DNA from: an uncultured Chloroflexia bacterium
Lineage (GTDB): Bacteria > Chloroflexota > Limnocylindria > Limnocylindrales > CSP1-4
Direction of reading: 5' to 3'
Assembly: GCA_963819655.1 (NCBI GenBank)
Contig: CAWFXA010000003.1
Coordinates: forward strand, 576,001-640,000
Length of the DNA stretch: 64,000 nucleotides
Shown: positions 10,067 to 21,599 of the stretch, piece after piece
Layout: each line of letters opens with the position of its first letter
Position numbering within the stretch: the first letter of the stretch is position 1
Position numbers and translations under genes: made by a program
The notes under the pieces: model-generated
The model's input: only the letters and a program-made list of their open reading frames with translations
Told to the model about the DNA's origin: nothing
The model's database searches: none

Positions 10067-11182
10067 ATGAGCATCGCATCCAACCGGTCCGCTAGCGTTC
10101 GGCAGCGGAGATCCGGAATCGTCCCGCGCGCGGAAGGGGTTCTCCCGACGCACGCTCCTCGCCAGTGCCGCGGCAACCGCCATCGCGGCTTCCGCGCTCG
10201 GCGGATTGACAGTGCTCGGCGCCACTGCAACTGGTGCCGCAGGACAGTCGGTTCCTAGCGGGCCCGGCTCGGTGAGCGGAGCGCCGAATCTTCCGCCGGG
10301 TTTCAGCGACACCTTCACCAGCCGCTACGTGAACGCCGGTGGGATGCGCCAGCACGTGGTCACCGGCGGCGACGGGCCGCCGTTGCTGCTCGTTCACGGC
10401 TGGCCGCAGACGTGGTACGCGTGGCGGCGCGTGATGCCGGAGCTGGCGCAGCACTTCACGGTCATCGCCGTCGACCAGCGAGGCATCGGGTTGACCGAGA
10501 AGCCGCAAGACGGCTATGACGGCGCGACACTCGCCAACGATCTGGCCGCGCTGATGAGCGCGCTCGGCCACGAGCGGTTCTCGGTGTACGGGACCGACGT
10601 CGGGATGCCGATCGCCTATGCACTGGCCGCGGACCATCGCTACACGCGTCGACAAGCTGGTCGTCTCAGAGGCGTTCATCCCCGGCGTGACACCGTCACC
10701 GCCCTTGTTCCAGCCGGCGGCCGTTCCAGCCGCCACTGCTCAAGTGCTCAACGCCCGGCTCTGGCACCTGATGTTCAACCAGCTACCCGCCGAGGTCAGC
10801 GAGGCTCTCGTGCGCGGCCGCGAGGACATCTTCTTCGGCGCCGAGTTCGACGCGTCCGCAGGTTCGACAAAGCTGCCCGCGGCGACGGTCGAGTACTACG
10901 TCAAGCTGCTCAAGAACGATCGCGATACGCTGCGCGGAAGCTTCTCGTTCTACCGGGCGCTGAGCGACGACAGAGGACCAGAACAGGGTGCGGGACGATA
11001 CACCCGCCTGCAGCTTCCCGTCCTGGCGATCGGCGGCGCGGAAAGCGCCGGGCCGTTCATGCGGCCCGATCATGCTGCAAGTCGCAGACAACGTTCAGGG
11101 CATGGTCGTTCCGGGCGGCCACTGGGTTGCCGAGGAGGCTCCCGACGCGATCGTCGAGGCGCTGATCGCGTTCCTGACGTGA
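10067..11182 (+). CDS. Tat-exported alpha/beta hydrolase (epoxide hydrolase/dehalogenase-like), several frameshifts
   Basis: AAGGAG RBS; SRRTLL Tat-like motif; HGWPQTWY, GTDVG, GHWVAEEAP spread over ORFs 10206, 10618 and 10988. Confidence 0.8.
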
Positions 11183-11341
11183 TTACCGACGTCACCGGCT
11201 AGGTTCCAGAGGGCCGGCGGACGCCACCCGGCGTCCGCCGTCACCATGCTCCGGCGGATTTCGTCGATGCACGCGTCCGGCTGAGGAGTAGAGTCGGGAC
11301 TTCGAAGGGGCGACAGAGGGACGATCGTGCCGCCGGTGATC

Positions 11342-14096
11342 ATGTCCGAACCCCGACTCTGGAATAGGCTCACGGAGCGCGAGGAGCTTGATCGGCGTCT
11401 CGGAGCGGTGCGCAGCGGCATGAGCGGCGCGCTCGTGATCCGTGGTGAGGCCGGGATCGGCAAGACGGCTCTTTTGGAGTACGTCTCGGCACGCTCCAAG
11501 GGATGCCGAGTCGCACGAGCCGCAGGCATCGAGGCGGAGATGGAGCTCCCGTTCGCCGGCCTGCATCAGCTCTGCGCGCCGCATTCTAAGTCGACTCGAT
11601 CGTCTGCCGGCTCCACAGCGCGATGCGCTCGGCGTCGCCTTCGGTCTCGATTCCGGCGAGCCACCCGATCGATTTATGGTCGGACTTGCGGTGCTAAGCC
11701 TGCTGTCGGAGGCCGCCGAGACGCAGCCTCTCGTGTGTCTCGTCGACGACGCCCAATGGCTGGATCAAGCCTCGGCCCAGATCCTGGCGTTCGTCGCGCG
11801 ACGCCTGGCCGCCGAGTCGGTCCTGCTCGTCTTAGCCGTTAGGGAGCCCGGCGGGTTTGCAGACACGGTCAGTCTCCCGGAGTTGTTGGTTGGCCCATTG
11901 AACGATCCTGACGCTCGCTCCCTTCTTGACTCGGCAGTCATCGGTAGGGCCGACGAATTGGTGCTCGATCGAATCGTCGCGGAGGCGCGCGGCAACCCAC
12001 TGGCGTTGCTCGAACTGCCGCGTTCGTGGAGTCCTGCCGCGTTCGCGGGCGGCTTCGGCCTGGCCGATGACGCATCGGTCTCACGCCTCATCGAGGAGAC
12101 CTTCCTCAGGCGTCTAAGTCCACTGCCAGACGACAGCAGGCAGTTGCTGTTGGTGGCGGCGGCGGAGCCCGTTGGCGATCCGGTGTTGTTCATGAGAGCC
12201 GCTGAGCGGCTCGGCATCCCGCCCGAGGCGATCGGGCCCGTGACCGCCACCGGCCTGCTGGATGTCGGAAACCAGCTTCGGTTCCGCCACCCGCTGGTCC
12301 GCTCCGTTGTGTACAGGGAAGCCTCTCTCGATGACCGGCGCACCGTCCATCGGGCGTTGGCCGCGGAGATTGACCCGCTGCTGGATCCAGACCGCCGAGT
12401 CTGGCACCTCGCGCACGCGACAGCCGGTCCTGACGAGAGTGTCGCGCAGGACCTGGAGCAGTCGGCCGCGCGGGCACAGGCACGGGGTGGGCTGGCGGCA
12501 GCCGCCGCGTTCCTCCAGCGAGCTGTCGCTCTGACTCACGACCCAGCTCGCCGCACCGAACGCACGCTCGCCGCGGCGCAAGCGAGCCTGCAGGCGGGCG
12601 AGTTCGACATCGCTCTTGAATTGGCGACCACGGTCGAGATGGCGTCACTCGATCAGTTCCAGCACGCCCGTTTGGACCTTCTCCACGCACAGGCAGCCTA
12701 CGCACAGGACCGAGGGAGTGAAGCCCCACCGCTTCTCGTTCGGGCCGCAAGGACGCTCGCGCAGCTCGACCCCACCATGTCGCGGGACACGTACCTCGAG
12801 GCCTGGGGCGCGGCGCTGTTCGCCGGCCGACTTGCAAGCGGCGGAGGCTTGTCGGGGGTGTCACACGCGGCACAGGCGGCCCCCGCCTCGCCGAATCCGC
12901 CCCGCGCGGCTGACCTGCTGCTGGACGGGTTGTCGTTGATCTTCACCGAGGGGCGCGCTGCCGCAACGCCTGTGATCCAACGCGCGATCACGGACTTCGC
13001 GGCCGATGACGTCCCTGTCGAGCAGGTCTTGCGTTGGGGTTGGCTCGCCACCGCGGCGGCGGTCTACGTCTGGGATTTCGATAGCTGTCTTGCGATCGCA
13101 TCTCGCGGGGTCGAGTACGGCCGCCGTTCAGGCGCGCTCGAAGTACTCGTGGTCAGCGTCAACGTGCTGGGCCAGGCCGTTGCCCTTTCCGGCGATTTCA
13201 GCCAGGCCGAGAAGCTGATCGCCGAAGCCAATGCGATCAGGGACGCCACCGGGACCCGCGTGGGTCCATATGGGGCACTGGTGCTGTCTGCCCTCCGCGG
13301 CAACGAGGCCCAGGCCGCGCCACTGATCGACGGCAGCATCCGGGATGCGTCGGCCGGCGGTCAGGGCACGGCCGTGCAGTACGCGAACTGGGCCAACGCG
13401 GTCCTCATGAACGGACTCGGCCGCTATGACGAGGCGATCCGAGCGGCCACCGCCGCGAGCGACGACACGCCGGAGCTCTTCGTGGCGACGTGGGCCCTCA
13501 GCGAGCTGATCGAGGCCGCCAGCAGGACGCATGACGCGGTAGTCGCGTCGCGAGGGTTGGAACGGCTGGCCGATCACGTTCGTGGCAGCACGTCGGAGTG
13601 GGCGCTCGGCATGGGAGCGCGCGGCCAGGCCCTACTCGCCGATAGCGATGGAGCTGAGCGACTCTACCGCCAAGCCATCGATCACTTGAGCCGAACGCGG
13701 CTACGTGCCGAGCTTGCGCGCGCCCATCTGCTGTATGGGGAGTGGCTCCGACGCGACCGCCGGCGCACGGACGCCCGTGAGCAGCTGCGAACTGCGCATG
13801 ACCACTTCGCCGACATCGGGATGGAGGCGTTCGCCGAGCGGGCTCGGCGGGAGCTAGTGGCAACAGGCGAGACGGTGCGCAGGCGCTCATTTGAGGTGCT
13901 CACCGAACTCACGGCGCAGGAGTTACAGATCGCCCACCTCGCCGGAGACGGGCAGACAAATCAGGAGATCGGCGCGCACTTGTTCCTCAGCCCGCGGACG
14001 GTCGAGTGGCATCTCAGCAGCGTGTTCTCCAAGCTCGGAGTCTCGTCGCGCAAACAACTACGAACGGCGGTGCCTTCGACGCCGCGGCACGCATGA
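11342..14096 (+). CDS. Second LAL-type regulator (AAA plus LuxR HTH), frameshifted at ~11585
   Basis: GEAGIGKT, VDDAQWLD, LTAQELQIAHLAGDGQTNQEIGAHLFLSPRTVEWHL; paralog of 6586..9337. Confidence 0.9.
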
Positions 14097-14108
14097 ACAA
14101 CGGCCGGC

Positions 14109-15621
14109 TTAGCGCCCGAGCAATTGGTCGACCGGCGCGAAGTCGTCCGTGAGTGCCTCCGACCGACCGATGAACGTCGTCATCTCGTCGGGCGCCGAGA
14201 GAATCGCCGTCGTTGCCCCCTCCCCCCAGGTCGGCGATGGCGGCCTCAACGCCTGCCCTGTCGAGCGGCGCATCGCTCGCGACGAGCACGACGTTGCCGC
14301 CCCCCTCACCCGCGATCGTCTCGCGGCTGGCGATGACCGCCACCTGGGAGAACCTGGTCGCGGCCGTCGCTGTCTCCGCCCGGACGAAGCGCAGCGGCGG
14401 GTAGTCGATGAGGTTCACGACGTAGGCGCCGCCCGGCCGTAGCACACGCGTCACCTCGTCGAGGAACTCGGTCGTCGTGAGGTGCCACGGCACGGCCAAC
14501 CCGCCGAAGGCGTCGCCGATGACGATGTCGAACGCATCCGACGGGAGCGCGCGGATGGACTGTCGCGCGTCGCCCAGGCGCACGTCGATTGCGTCGCTCG
14601 GCACGTATCCCAGGTCCGACTGCGCGATCTCGTAGATCCGGGGATCGAGCTCCAGGACGGTCTGCCGGGCGTCGGGATGCATAGCCTCGATGTAGCGCGG
14701 GAACGTGAACCCTCCCCCGCCGATGTGCAGGACATCGGGGGATGTTCCGAGCCCGGCGCGGAGCGGCGCCGTGGCGTCGGCGAACCGGCGCACGTAGCCG
14801 AACTCGAGGTTGGTGGGGTCACCCAGGTCGACGGCGGCGTGCGTGAGACGGTCGAGCACGAGGACCTTGACGTCCGAGTCGGCGGGGTCGCTGCGGATGG
14901 CGATGCAGTAGTAGGCGCTCTCGGTGTCGCACGGGGACGGCTGGGCCACGGCGAACCCGCCAGTAAGCAGGACGGCCGCGATCGCCACCGAGGCCGGTCC
15001 CCTCCCACCTCGACGCAGCCACAGGCTCAGGACCACCCCGATCACCGCCAGCCCGACACCGATCGAGACGATCAGGACACGTGTCGGGAACAGTCCGAGC
15101 AGCACGAAGCCCGTCAGGAAGGTGCCCGTGATCGCACCGACCGTCCCGACGGCCGACAGCCGGCCCACGATCGAGCCACTCGTGGCGAGGTCAGTCAGCG
15201 TGCCGCGGACGAGCATCGGTGCCGTGGCCGAGAGGATGGCGGCCGGCACGACGAACGCGGTCGTCGCAAGGATCACGATCCCGACGAGCCCCTCCCCCAC
15301 GCCGATGCCACCGATCACCCCGACGATCGGGACCGAGGCGATGGCGCTGATGCCACCGAGGATGAAGGCGGGGCCAAGGAGCGGGAGCGGACCGATGGCG
15401 TCCGCCGCCCGCCCGCCGATCCAGGCGCCGAGGGCGATGCCGGCCAGGATCGCGCCGATGATCCCCGTGTAGGTCGTGAGCGAGACGCCCACGTACGGCG
15501 CGAGGAGCCGTCCGGCAGCGATCTCGAGAACGAGCACGCTCGCCGTCGCGACGAACGTCAGGACGGCGGCGACGAGCGGCGGCAGCGGTGGAGCCCGGCG
15601 CGCGCCGTCGCTATCGTCCAT
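14109..15621 (-). CDS. Membrane-domain/spermidine synthase-like fusion, frameshifted near 14220
   Basis: N-terminal TM region (LEIAAGRLLAPYVG), VLHIGGGGFT SAM motif, IGDAF; ends LTDDFAPVDQL in another frame. Confidence 0.88.
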
Positions 15622-15665
15622 GTCGGAATGGTAGAGGCGACACCCGATGTGCAGAATCAGCCACC

Positions 15666-16094
15666 GTGGCCCACTACACGATCTCCACCCACGTCGCAGC
15701 ACCGCCCGAGCACGTCTTCGCGCTCTGGACGAACGTCGAGCGCATGGGCGAGTGGGTCGGTGGGGTGACGGGCGTGAGCGACGTGTCCGGACCGATCGAT
15801 CGTGTCGGGACGACGTACGTCGTTCACTTCGGTCCGGTCAGGAGCCCGACCGAGGTCTTGGACGCCGATCCGCCGCGACGCTTCGCGACGCGCTTCGGCA
15901 GCTGGGTGCTTCGGGGCGTGTCGAGCGCGACGTTCGCGCCCGAGGGCGACGGGACGCGCGTCACCCAGGAGTTCGAGACGGTCGGCCGGATCTCGGCGAT
16001 CTCGTCATGGGTGTTCTCGCGCGGCTCCTACGAAGGCAGCTTCCGCGGTGAGCTCGAGAAGTTCGCGCGCCTGGCGGAGCGAGAGGCGCGCTAG
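15666..16094 (+). CDS. SRPBCC/polyketide cyclase family protein
   Basis: VAAPPEHVFALWT...EGDGTRVTQ. Confidence 0.8.
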   Translation: MAHYTISTHVAAPPEHVFALWTNVERMGEWVGGVTGVSDVSGPIDRVGTTYVVHFGPVRSPTEVLDADPPRRFATRFGSWVLRGVSSATFAPEGDGTRVTQEFETVGRISAISSWVFSRGSYEGSFRGELEKFARLAEREAR

Positions 16095-16591
16095 CCCCCA
16101 AGAGCAGCGTCTGGTGCGGCCGGTGGCAGGTCCGGTCGAGGCTCGAAGACGACCAGGGCTGTCCCGCGCGGTCGACGTGTCGCGTATGCATCGAGCTTCG
16201 ACTCGACCCGCGCCATGGCGGCCCACAGGCGGTCGCGCTCTGCGCCGGTCGCCTCATGTGCACGAAACCGGCGCGGACCGTCGCGCAGGTCGATCGTCAC
16301 ATCGGGATCCGCCTGCAGGTTGAGCCACCACGCTGGTTCCGGCTCGCCCCACCCGTTCATCGCGAGCGTGTACAGGTTCGGGCCGTCCTCGTGGTAGCCG
16401 AGGATCGCCATGCGGGGCTTGCCGCTGCGCCGGCCGATCGTGTGGAGGCCCATCGTCCCGTACGTCTTCTCGGTCGGCGGTCCGAGGCCTCGTCGGCCTC
16501 CGCTGAGCCGGTAGATCGCACGGTGAGCGGCCCAGAAGGCCCGGATGACCCAGCGCGGCGGAAGGAATGGCTTCGCCGGTGTCTGCGACAT
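16091..16591 (-). CDS. F420H2-dependent (deazaflavin) nitroreductase/quinone reductase, DDN family
   Basis: LHTIGRRSGKPR, PAWWLNLQADP, ERDRLW. Confidence 0.88.
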   Translation of the reverse strand: MSQTPAKPFLPPRWVIRAFWAAHRAIYRLSGGRRGLGPPTEKTYGTMGLHTIGRRSGKPRMAILGYHEDGPNLYTLAMNGWGEPEPAWWLNLQADPDVTIDLRDGPRRFRAHEATGAERDRLWAAMARVESKLDAYATRRPRGTALVVFEPRPDLPPAAPDAALGG

Positions 16592-16658
16592 GTGGGTCAC
16601 GATACCCCCGCGCCGCGGTTCCCGGGAACGCGACGCGCGGCACGGGCGTATACATGTC

Positions 16659-17687
16659 ATGCGGCCCCCGATTGCCCTGACGTTCCTCCTCGCCACGGCA
16701 GTCGTGCTGGCGTCGTGTGCCGGCCCGGTCGTCAGCGCCAGCCCCTCGGCCATCGCCCCGCTCACACCGATGCCCACTCCCCTCCCCTCGCGCATCATCC
16801 ACACCGGTTATAGGGCGGTCGAGACGGGCGAGCCGATCGAGCTCGCCGCGCTGTCCGGCCGGATCGTGTTCGACGACTTCGAGGATGTGTTCGCCATGGA
16901 CGTCGACGGCTCGAACGTCGTGATGGTTGCCGCCGATACCACTGGCCCGGAGTTCGACGGGGCCTGGTCGCCCGACGGCGGGTCGATCGTGTACCGGGAC
17001 TCGACGCGCGGCATCAACGAGGACGACGAGGTCTTCGTGGCGGAGGCCGACGGCTCGGAGCGGCGGAACATCACCAAAGACCCGGCCAACGACTGGGGCC
17101 CGGACTGGTCACCCGACGGATCGACCATCGCCTTCAACTCGGACCGTGACGGCGGCCAGCTCCGCGGGTACCTCGTCGACCCGGATGGCTCGAACCTCCG
17201 CGCGCTCGACATCGATGCCTGGGTTGAGTACCCATCGTTCTCGCCAGACGGCTTGGCGATCGCGTTCATGGGCCACGGGGCGGGCGACTACGAGATCTAT
17301 GCCGCCGACATCGCCACCGGCCAGACCCGGCAGCTGACCGACAACCCTGGCGGCGACGGCTGGCCGGTGTGGTCGCCGGACGGCTCGTCGATCGCCTTCA
17401 CCTCCGAACGGGACGACTGCTCGTTCGTGCCGCCGGATCAGGAGTGCTGGCGGACGGGCGAACCCGACGACCAGCATCGCGACGTCTGGGTCATGAACGC
17501 GGACGGTTCGGAGCGGCGTCGTGTCACGAGTGAGGCCGGCCAATTCGTCGCGTGGTCACCGGACGGCCGCTACCTCCTGGTGTCGGGTCGCGCGCTGTAC
17601 GTGGTCAGGCCGGACGGGACGGGCCGGTTGGAGCTCCGCGCCGACGGCATCGAGCGACCGCTCGGCGGCATCCCGGACTGGCGCTGA
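16659..17687 (+). CDS. TolB-like (PD40/WD40) beta-propeller lipoprotein
   Basis: Lipobox LASC; repeated WSPDG motifs. Confidence 0.88.
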   Translation: MRPPIALTFLLATAVVLASCAGPVVSASPSAIAPLTPMPTPLPSRIIHTGYRAVETGEPIELAALSGRIVFDDFEDVFAMDVDGSNVVMVAADTTGPEFDGAWSPDGGSIVYRDSTRGINEDDEVFVAEADGSERRNITKDPANDWGPDWSPDGSTIAFNSDRDGGQLRGYLVDPDGSNLRALDIDAWVEYPSFSPDGLAIAFMGHGAGDYEIYAADIATGQTRQLTDNPGGDGWPVWSPDGSSIAFTSERDDCSFVPPDQECWRTGEPDDQHRDVWVMNADGSERRRVTSEAGQFVAWSPDGRYLLVSGRALYVVRPDGTGRLELRADGIERPLGGIPDWR

Positions 17688-17714
17688 ACCTCGACGCCGA
17701 ACCGCGACGAACGG

Positions 17715-19182
17715 TCACGATCCGCGACGATGCCCAAGGAGCCGGTCTGCGACGGTCGCCGCCGATTCCAAGGCACCCTCGACCCAAGCGCCATTGCGCG
17801 AGAAGACCTCGCCACAGAGGTGGATCGGCAGCGTCGGGTCGGGCTGTGCGGCAAGGTCCATGACGTCGTCTGAGTTTGCGCCCGGGCGCCAGAAATGCCA
17901 GGCGACCTCGCGCGGGTCGGCGCCCCAGTGCTGGAAGGCCGAGCCCGCCGGGAAGGAGGGCACAGCTGCACCCGGATGCGCAGCCGCCAACCAGCCCCGG
18001 ACCGCTTCGAGGAGGGCGGCTGGGGCCGGTGCTCCGCCACTCCGTCCCTCGGCCAGGGCGACGATCGGCTCGTTGTGCCGGTGGTCGGTGTAGGCGGCGA
18101 GGATCGCGGCCGGTCGATCGGGTGCATCGTCGAAGTAGAAGGTCAGGCGGTTCGGAAGGTCGGTCGTCGTCCGGAGGCCGGTCGGAGGGTCGGCGCCCCC
18201 GCGCCACCAGGGTCGGTCGTACCAGCAGTAGAGCTTGGTGCCCGGGTAGCCCTCGATCGATCGGTAAAGCCGTTGCCAGGTCGGCCCGTTGATGACAGTG
18301 GAGGCACCGGCGACCGCCTCGAGGGCCGGGATCGGCAGCGTCAGAACGAGCCGTTGCGCGCGGATGCCTGAGCCGTCCGCGAAGCCGAGGAGGACGCTCC
18401 CATCCGCCACCTCCACCCGCTGTACGTCATGGCCGAGCCGGACCGTCCCGCCGAGCGCCTCAAAGCGGGCAGCGAGCTCGCGAGGGATCCGATCCATGCC
18501 GTCGTCGGGCACGCGCGCCTTGCCTGATGGGTAGCCGGTGCCCATCACGTATTGGATGGCGTCGCTGGCGTTGTGCGGCCGTATGCCCGAGTCGTAGCCG
18601 AACGCGTCGGTCGCGAAGCGATGGCCCTCGGCGCTGAGGATCGTCCCGACGGCTTCCTCGATCGACCAATCCGTGAGCGGTCGCCCGCCGAACGTCGCTG
18701 TCGCCCGAAGTCGACGCCAGCCGGACATATCGAGCTCGCGTGCCTGCGGCACGATCCTGAGGAACGCGTCCTGCATGAGATCCGACGCCGACCGTCCCGA
18801 CTCAGCGGGCGGCAGGTCGTAGGCGCGGCCACCGTCGGGATCGTCCGGGCTGCGGCCGACGATGCCACGGAGGAACGTTCGCTCGGGCTGTGCGGCGGGA
18901 TCGAACGCGCGCGTCTCGATCTCCAACTCGTCGACGACCGACTGGACCAGCCGATGCCCGGACATGTAGCGCATGCCACCGAGTTCGATCGGGTGCGCCA
19001 AGCCGTCGACCCTCATGGACCAGAGCCGTCCACCGATCCGGCGCGACCGCTCGAAGATCGCGATCCGCCAGTCGGGCCGGGCGTGGAGGAGCCGATCCGC
19101 GAGATACGTCCCGGCCGCGCCTGCTCCCGACGATCGCGACATCGAGCTCGCCGCCGTCCACGGGCTCGTCGGGCATCGTCAC
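17715..19182 (-). CDS. Flavin monoamine/L-amino-acid oxidase family, frameshifted at ~19125
   Basis: LDVAIVG/AGAAG dinucleotide motif split by an indel; IGGRL, ELGGMRY, AWVEGALESA. Confidence 0.85.
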
Positions 19183-19205
19183 GCCCGGAGTATCAACCCA
19201 CGGTG

Positions 19206-19763
19206 TCAGCCGCCGTCGAACTCCCAGCGGGTCGGCTTCGGCAGCGCTGACTGTTCGAACTGGTCCATCCCCAACATGCCGGGGAGGCCGAACGCCTTCG
19301 ACGGGCGAAATCGAAAGATCGTGTACGGCGGCGGGCCGGCGGTCGGGGCGTTCGGACCGTCGACCTTGTCCCCGCTGGCCTCGAGTGGCCAGCCGCTCTT
19401 GGTGAGGGACTCGGCGATGTGCCTCACCTCATCGTCGTCAGTCAAGGGTTCGGCGCGGCCCTCGAGGACGATATCGAGTGACGGGAGTGTCGTGCTCGTC
19501 GTTGCGATGACGCATCGACCATCGGCGGCGAGGTTGCGCGCCTTCCGCGTCCCCTCCCCTGCCACGATGTGGATCGCGCCATCGATCCAGGTTGCGATCA
19601 CGGGCATGAGGTGTGGCCGACCGTCCGGACGCGTCGTCGCGAGCCAGCTGGTCCTCTGGAATTCGGGATTCGCGAGGCGCTCCCGCGCCATGTCCCATGA
19701 AGTCGTCTCGGACTCGTCCCCGACCAGCGACTGCACGCGTCGCGGTGCGCGTTCCTCTGTCAC
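19206..19763 (-). CDS. Pyridoxamine 5'-phosphate oxidase-like split-barrel protein
   Basis: WLATTRPDGRPHLMPV, TRKARNLAAD; AAAGGAGG RBS. Confidence 0.88.
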   Translation of the reverse strand: MTEERAPRRVQSLVGDESETTSWDMARERLANPEFQRTSWLATTRPDGRPHLMPVIATWIDGAIHIVAGEGTRKARNLAADGRCVIATTSTTLPSLDIVLEGRAEPLTDDDEVRHIAESLTKSGWPLEASGDKVDGPNAPTAGPPPYTIFRFRPSKAFGLPGMLGMDQFEQSALPKPTRWEFDGG

Positions 19764-19817
19764 ACCAACCTCCTTTGGTTCTCGTTCGACATACTGCCCC
19801 GGAGTATCGGCCGGAGG

Positions 19818-19846
19818 TTGTCAAGACAACCGTTTTCGGGTAAGAT
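19818..19846 (+). promoter_or_regulatory. Sigma70-type promoter for the sigma gene
   Basis: TTGTCA-N17-TAAGAT; overlapped by dyad GGTTGTC-AA-GACAACC. Confidence 0.6.
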
Positions 19847-19857
19847 ACTGGTTGCAC

Positions 19858-19880
19858 GGCGTGTCAAGGCTTGACACGCC
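19858..19880. repeat. Perfect 11-bp inverted repeat
   Basis: GGCGTGTCAAG-G-CTTGACACGCC. Confidence 0.85.
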
Positions 19881-20011
19881 AGCACTTGTGTCCGGCGCTT
19901 GGCGGAGCCGGCACGCGAGCCGCGGTCCCAAGGCGGATGGGATTCGGCCATTACCCGACACAACAGCGGGCGAAGGCGCATCGCCATGCGCGGTCGCTAC
20001 ACGGAGCACCC

Positions 20012-21556
20012 TTGATCCAGTTTCCTGACAACTCTCAACTGAATGACACCGAGCCGGCGGATCCGGTCGTGGCCGCCGTCGAGCTCGAGCAGATCGAGCT
20101 TGAGACGGTCATCGAGGACGTCCCGAGCACACGCCCGACGAAGACCGATCCCGACGCCGACACCGATGCGGATGTCGACGACGCTGCCCTCGACATGGAG
20201 GACTCGACGCGCCTGTACCTCCGCGAGATCGCGCGCGTACCGCTGCTGACGGCTGAAGAGGAAGTCATGCTGGCCAAGGCCATCGAGCTTGGGAGCCGTA
20301 TCCGAACCGAACCGTGGACGGCCATCCTCGATCTTCACGAGTGGACCCTCCACGACGCGGAGGCTACCGCGCGCGCCAAGCATCCGGTGTACGCCCTGCC
20401 TTCGGGCGCGGACGCTCACCGGATCGTGCGCAGCGCGCTGGGCGACGAATCGGCCGGCGATCTGCTCACGACCGCCCCGCGCTTCGGCTTCACCGAGGCG
20501 ATCCGTTCAGCAGGGCACGGACCCGCGTCCGACCTCCTGGAGCGAGCCCGTGCCCTCCGCGCGGTCTACAACGAGCGACTCGATTCGGAGTCGTTCCTCG
20601 CGCTCCTCGATTGGGCACACGCGGTCGGCCACCACCCGGCACTCCGGGAGGATGAGAGTTCCAAGGCGATGCTCGCCTGGGCGCGCGACGAGGTCGCGAT
20701 CCCGGCGCTCCGTCGATGGGTCGAGGCCGGTCACGACGACGACATCTTCGCAACGCTGGGGCACCGACCCGAGGCCGATGACGAGCCGACAGGCGTCCTC
20801 ATCGACCAGGCGAGGGGCGCTCGAGATCACATGATCTCGGCCAACCTGCGACTCGTCGTCGCGAATGCCAAGAAGTACATGAACCGCGGCCTCGGCTTCC
20901 TGGACCTGATCCAGGAAGGCAATGCCGGGCTGATGCGTGCCGTCGACAAGTTCGAATGGCAGCGCGGCTTCAAGTTCTCGACGTACGCCACGTGGTGGAT
21001 CCGCCAGGCGGTCCAGCGCGGCGTCGCCGACCAGTCGCGGACGATCCGCGTCCCGGTCCATATGGTCGAGACGATGCAGCGCGTCACTCGAACGACCCGG
21101 GAGCTGACGGTCCAGCTCGGGCGCGAGCCCACGGCAGCGGAGATCGCGGCGACCCTGTCCGAGGATCCGCGCTGGACCATCACGCCGGAACGCGTCGAAG
21201 AGGTGAAGCGCTACGGTCGCACGCCGATCTCGCTCGCGACTCCGATCGGCGAAGACGGCGATACCGAGCTCGGTGCGCTGATCGAGGACGAGAGCGCTGT
21301 GTCGCCGGTCGACGCCGCCACGAATCAGCTCCTCAGGGAGCAGCTCGACCGGGTCCTCGACAGTCTCGATGGCCGCGAGGAACGGGTGATCCGGCTCCGC
21401 TTCGGCCTCGATGACGGTCGACCGCGGACGCTCGAGGAGGTCGGACAGGAGTTCGGCCTGACGCGCGAGCGGATCCGGCAGATCGAGTCCCACGCGCTCG
21501 GCAAGCTCCGGCATCCGTCCCGCAGCCGAAAGCTTCGCGAGTACGCCTCGGGCTAG
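20012..21556 (+). CDS. RpoD/SigA-like group 1/2 sigma-70 factor with a long non-conserved insertion
   Basis: [21 protein letters not shown] (1.2), [26 protein letters not shown] (2), [20 protein letters not shown] (4.2). Confidence 0.92.
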   Translation: MIQFPDNSQLNDTEPADPVVAAVELEQIELETVIEDVPSTRPTKTDPDADTDADVDDAALDMEDSTRLYLREIARVPLLTAEEEVMLAKAIELGSRIRTEPWTAILDLHEWTLHDAEATARAKHPVYALPSGADAHRIVRSALGDESAGDLLTTAPRFGFTEAIRSAGHGPASDLLERARALRAVYNERLDSESFLALLDWAHAVGHHPALREDESSKAMLAWARDEVAIPALRRWVEAGHDDDIFATLGHRPEADDEPTGVLIDQARGARDHMISANLRLVVANAKKYMNRGLGFLDLIQEGNAGLMRAVDKFEWQRGFKFSTYATWWIRQAVQRGVADQSRTIRVPVHMVETMQRVTRTTRELTVQLGREPTAAEIAATLSEDPRWTITPERVEEVKRYGRTPISLATPIGEDGDTELGALIEDESAVSPVDAATNQLLREQLDRVLDSLDGREERVIRLRFGLDDGRPRTLEEVGQEFGLTRERIRQIESHALGKLRHPSRSRKLREYASG

Positions 21557-21599
21557 GGTGCGGCTATCCGCTCGCGATCGTGCCCACGGATCGAGCATC

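Noticed and set aside
6586-14096. STAND/Avs anti-phage NTPases
   Set aside because: C-terminal LuxR HTH and no nuclease, TIR or SIR2 effector indicate transcriptional regulators
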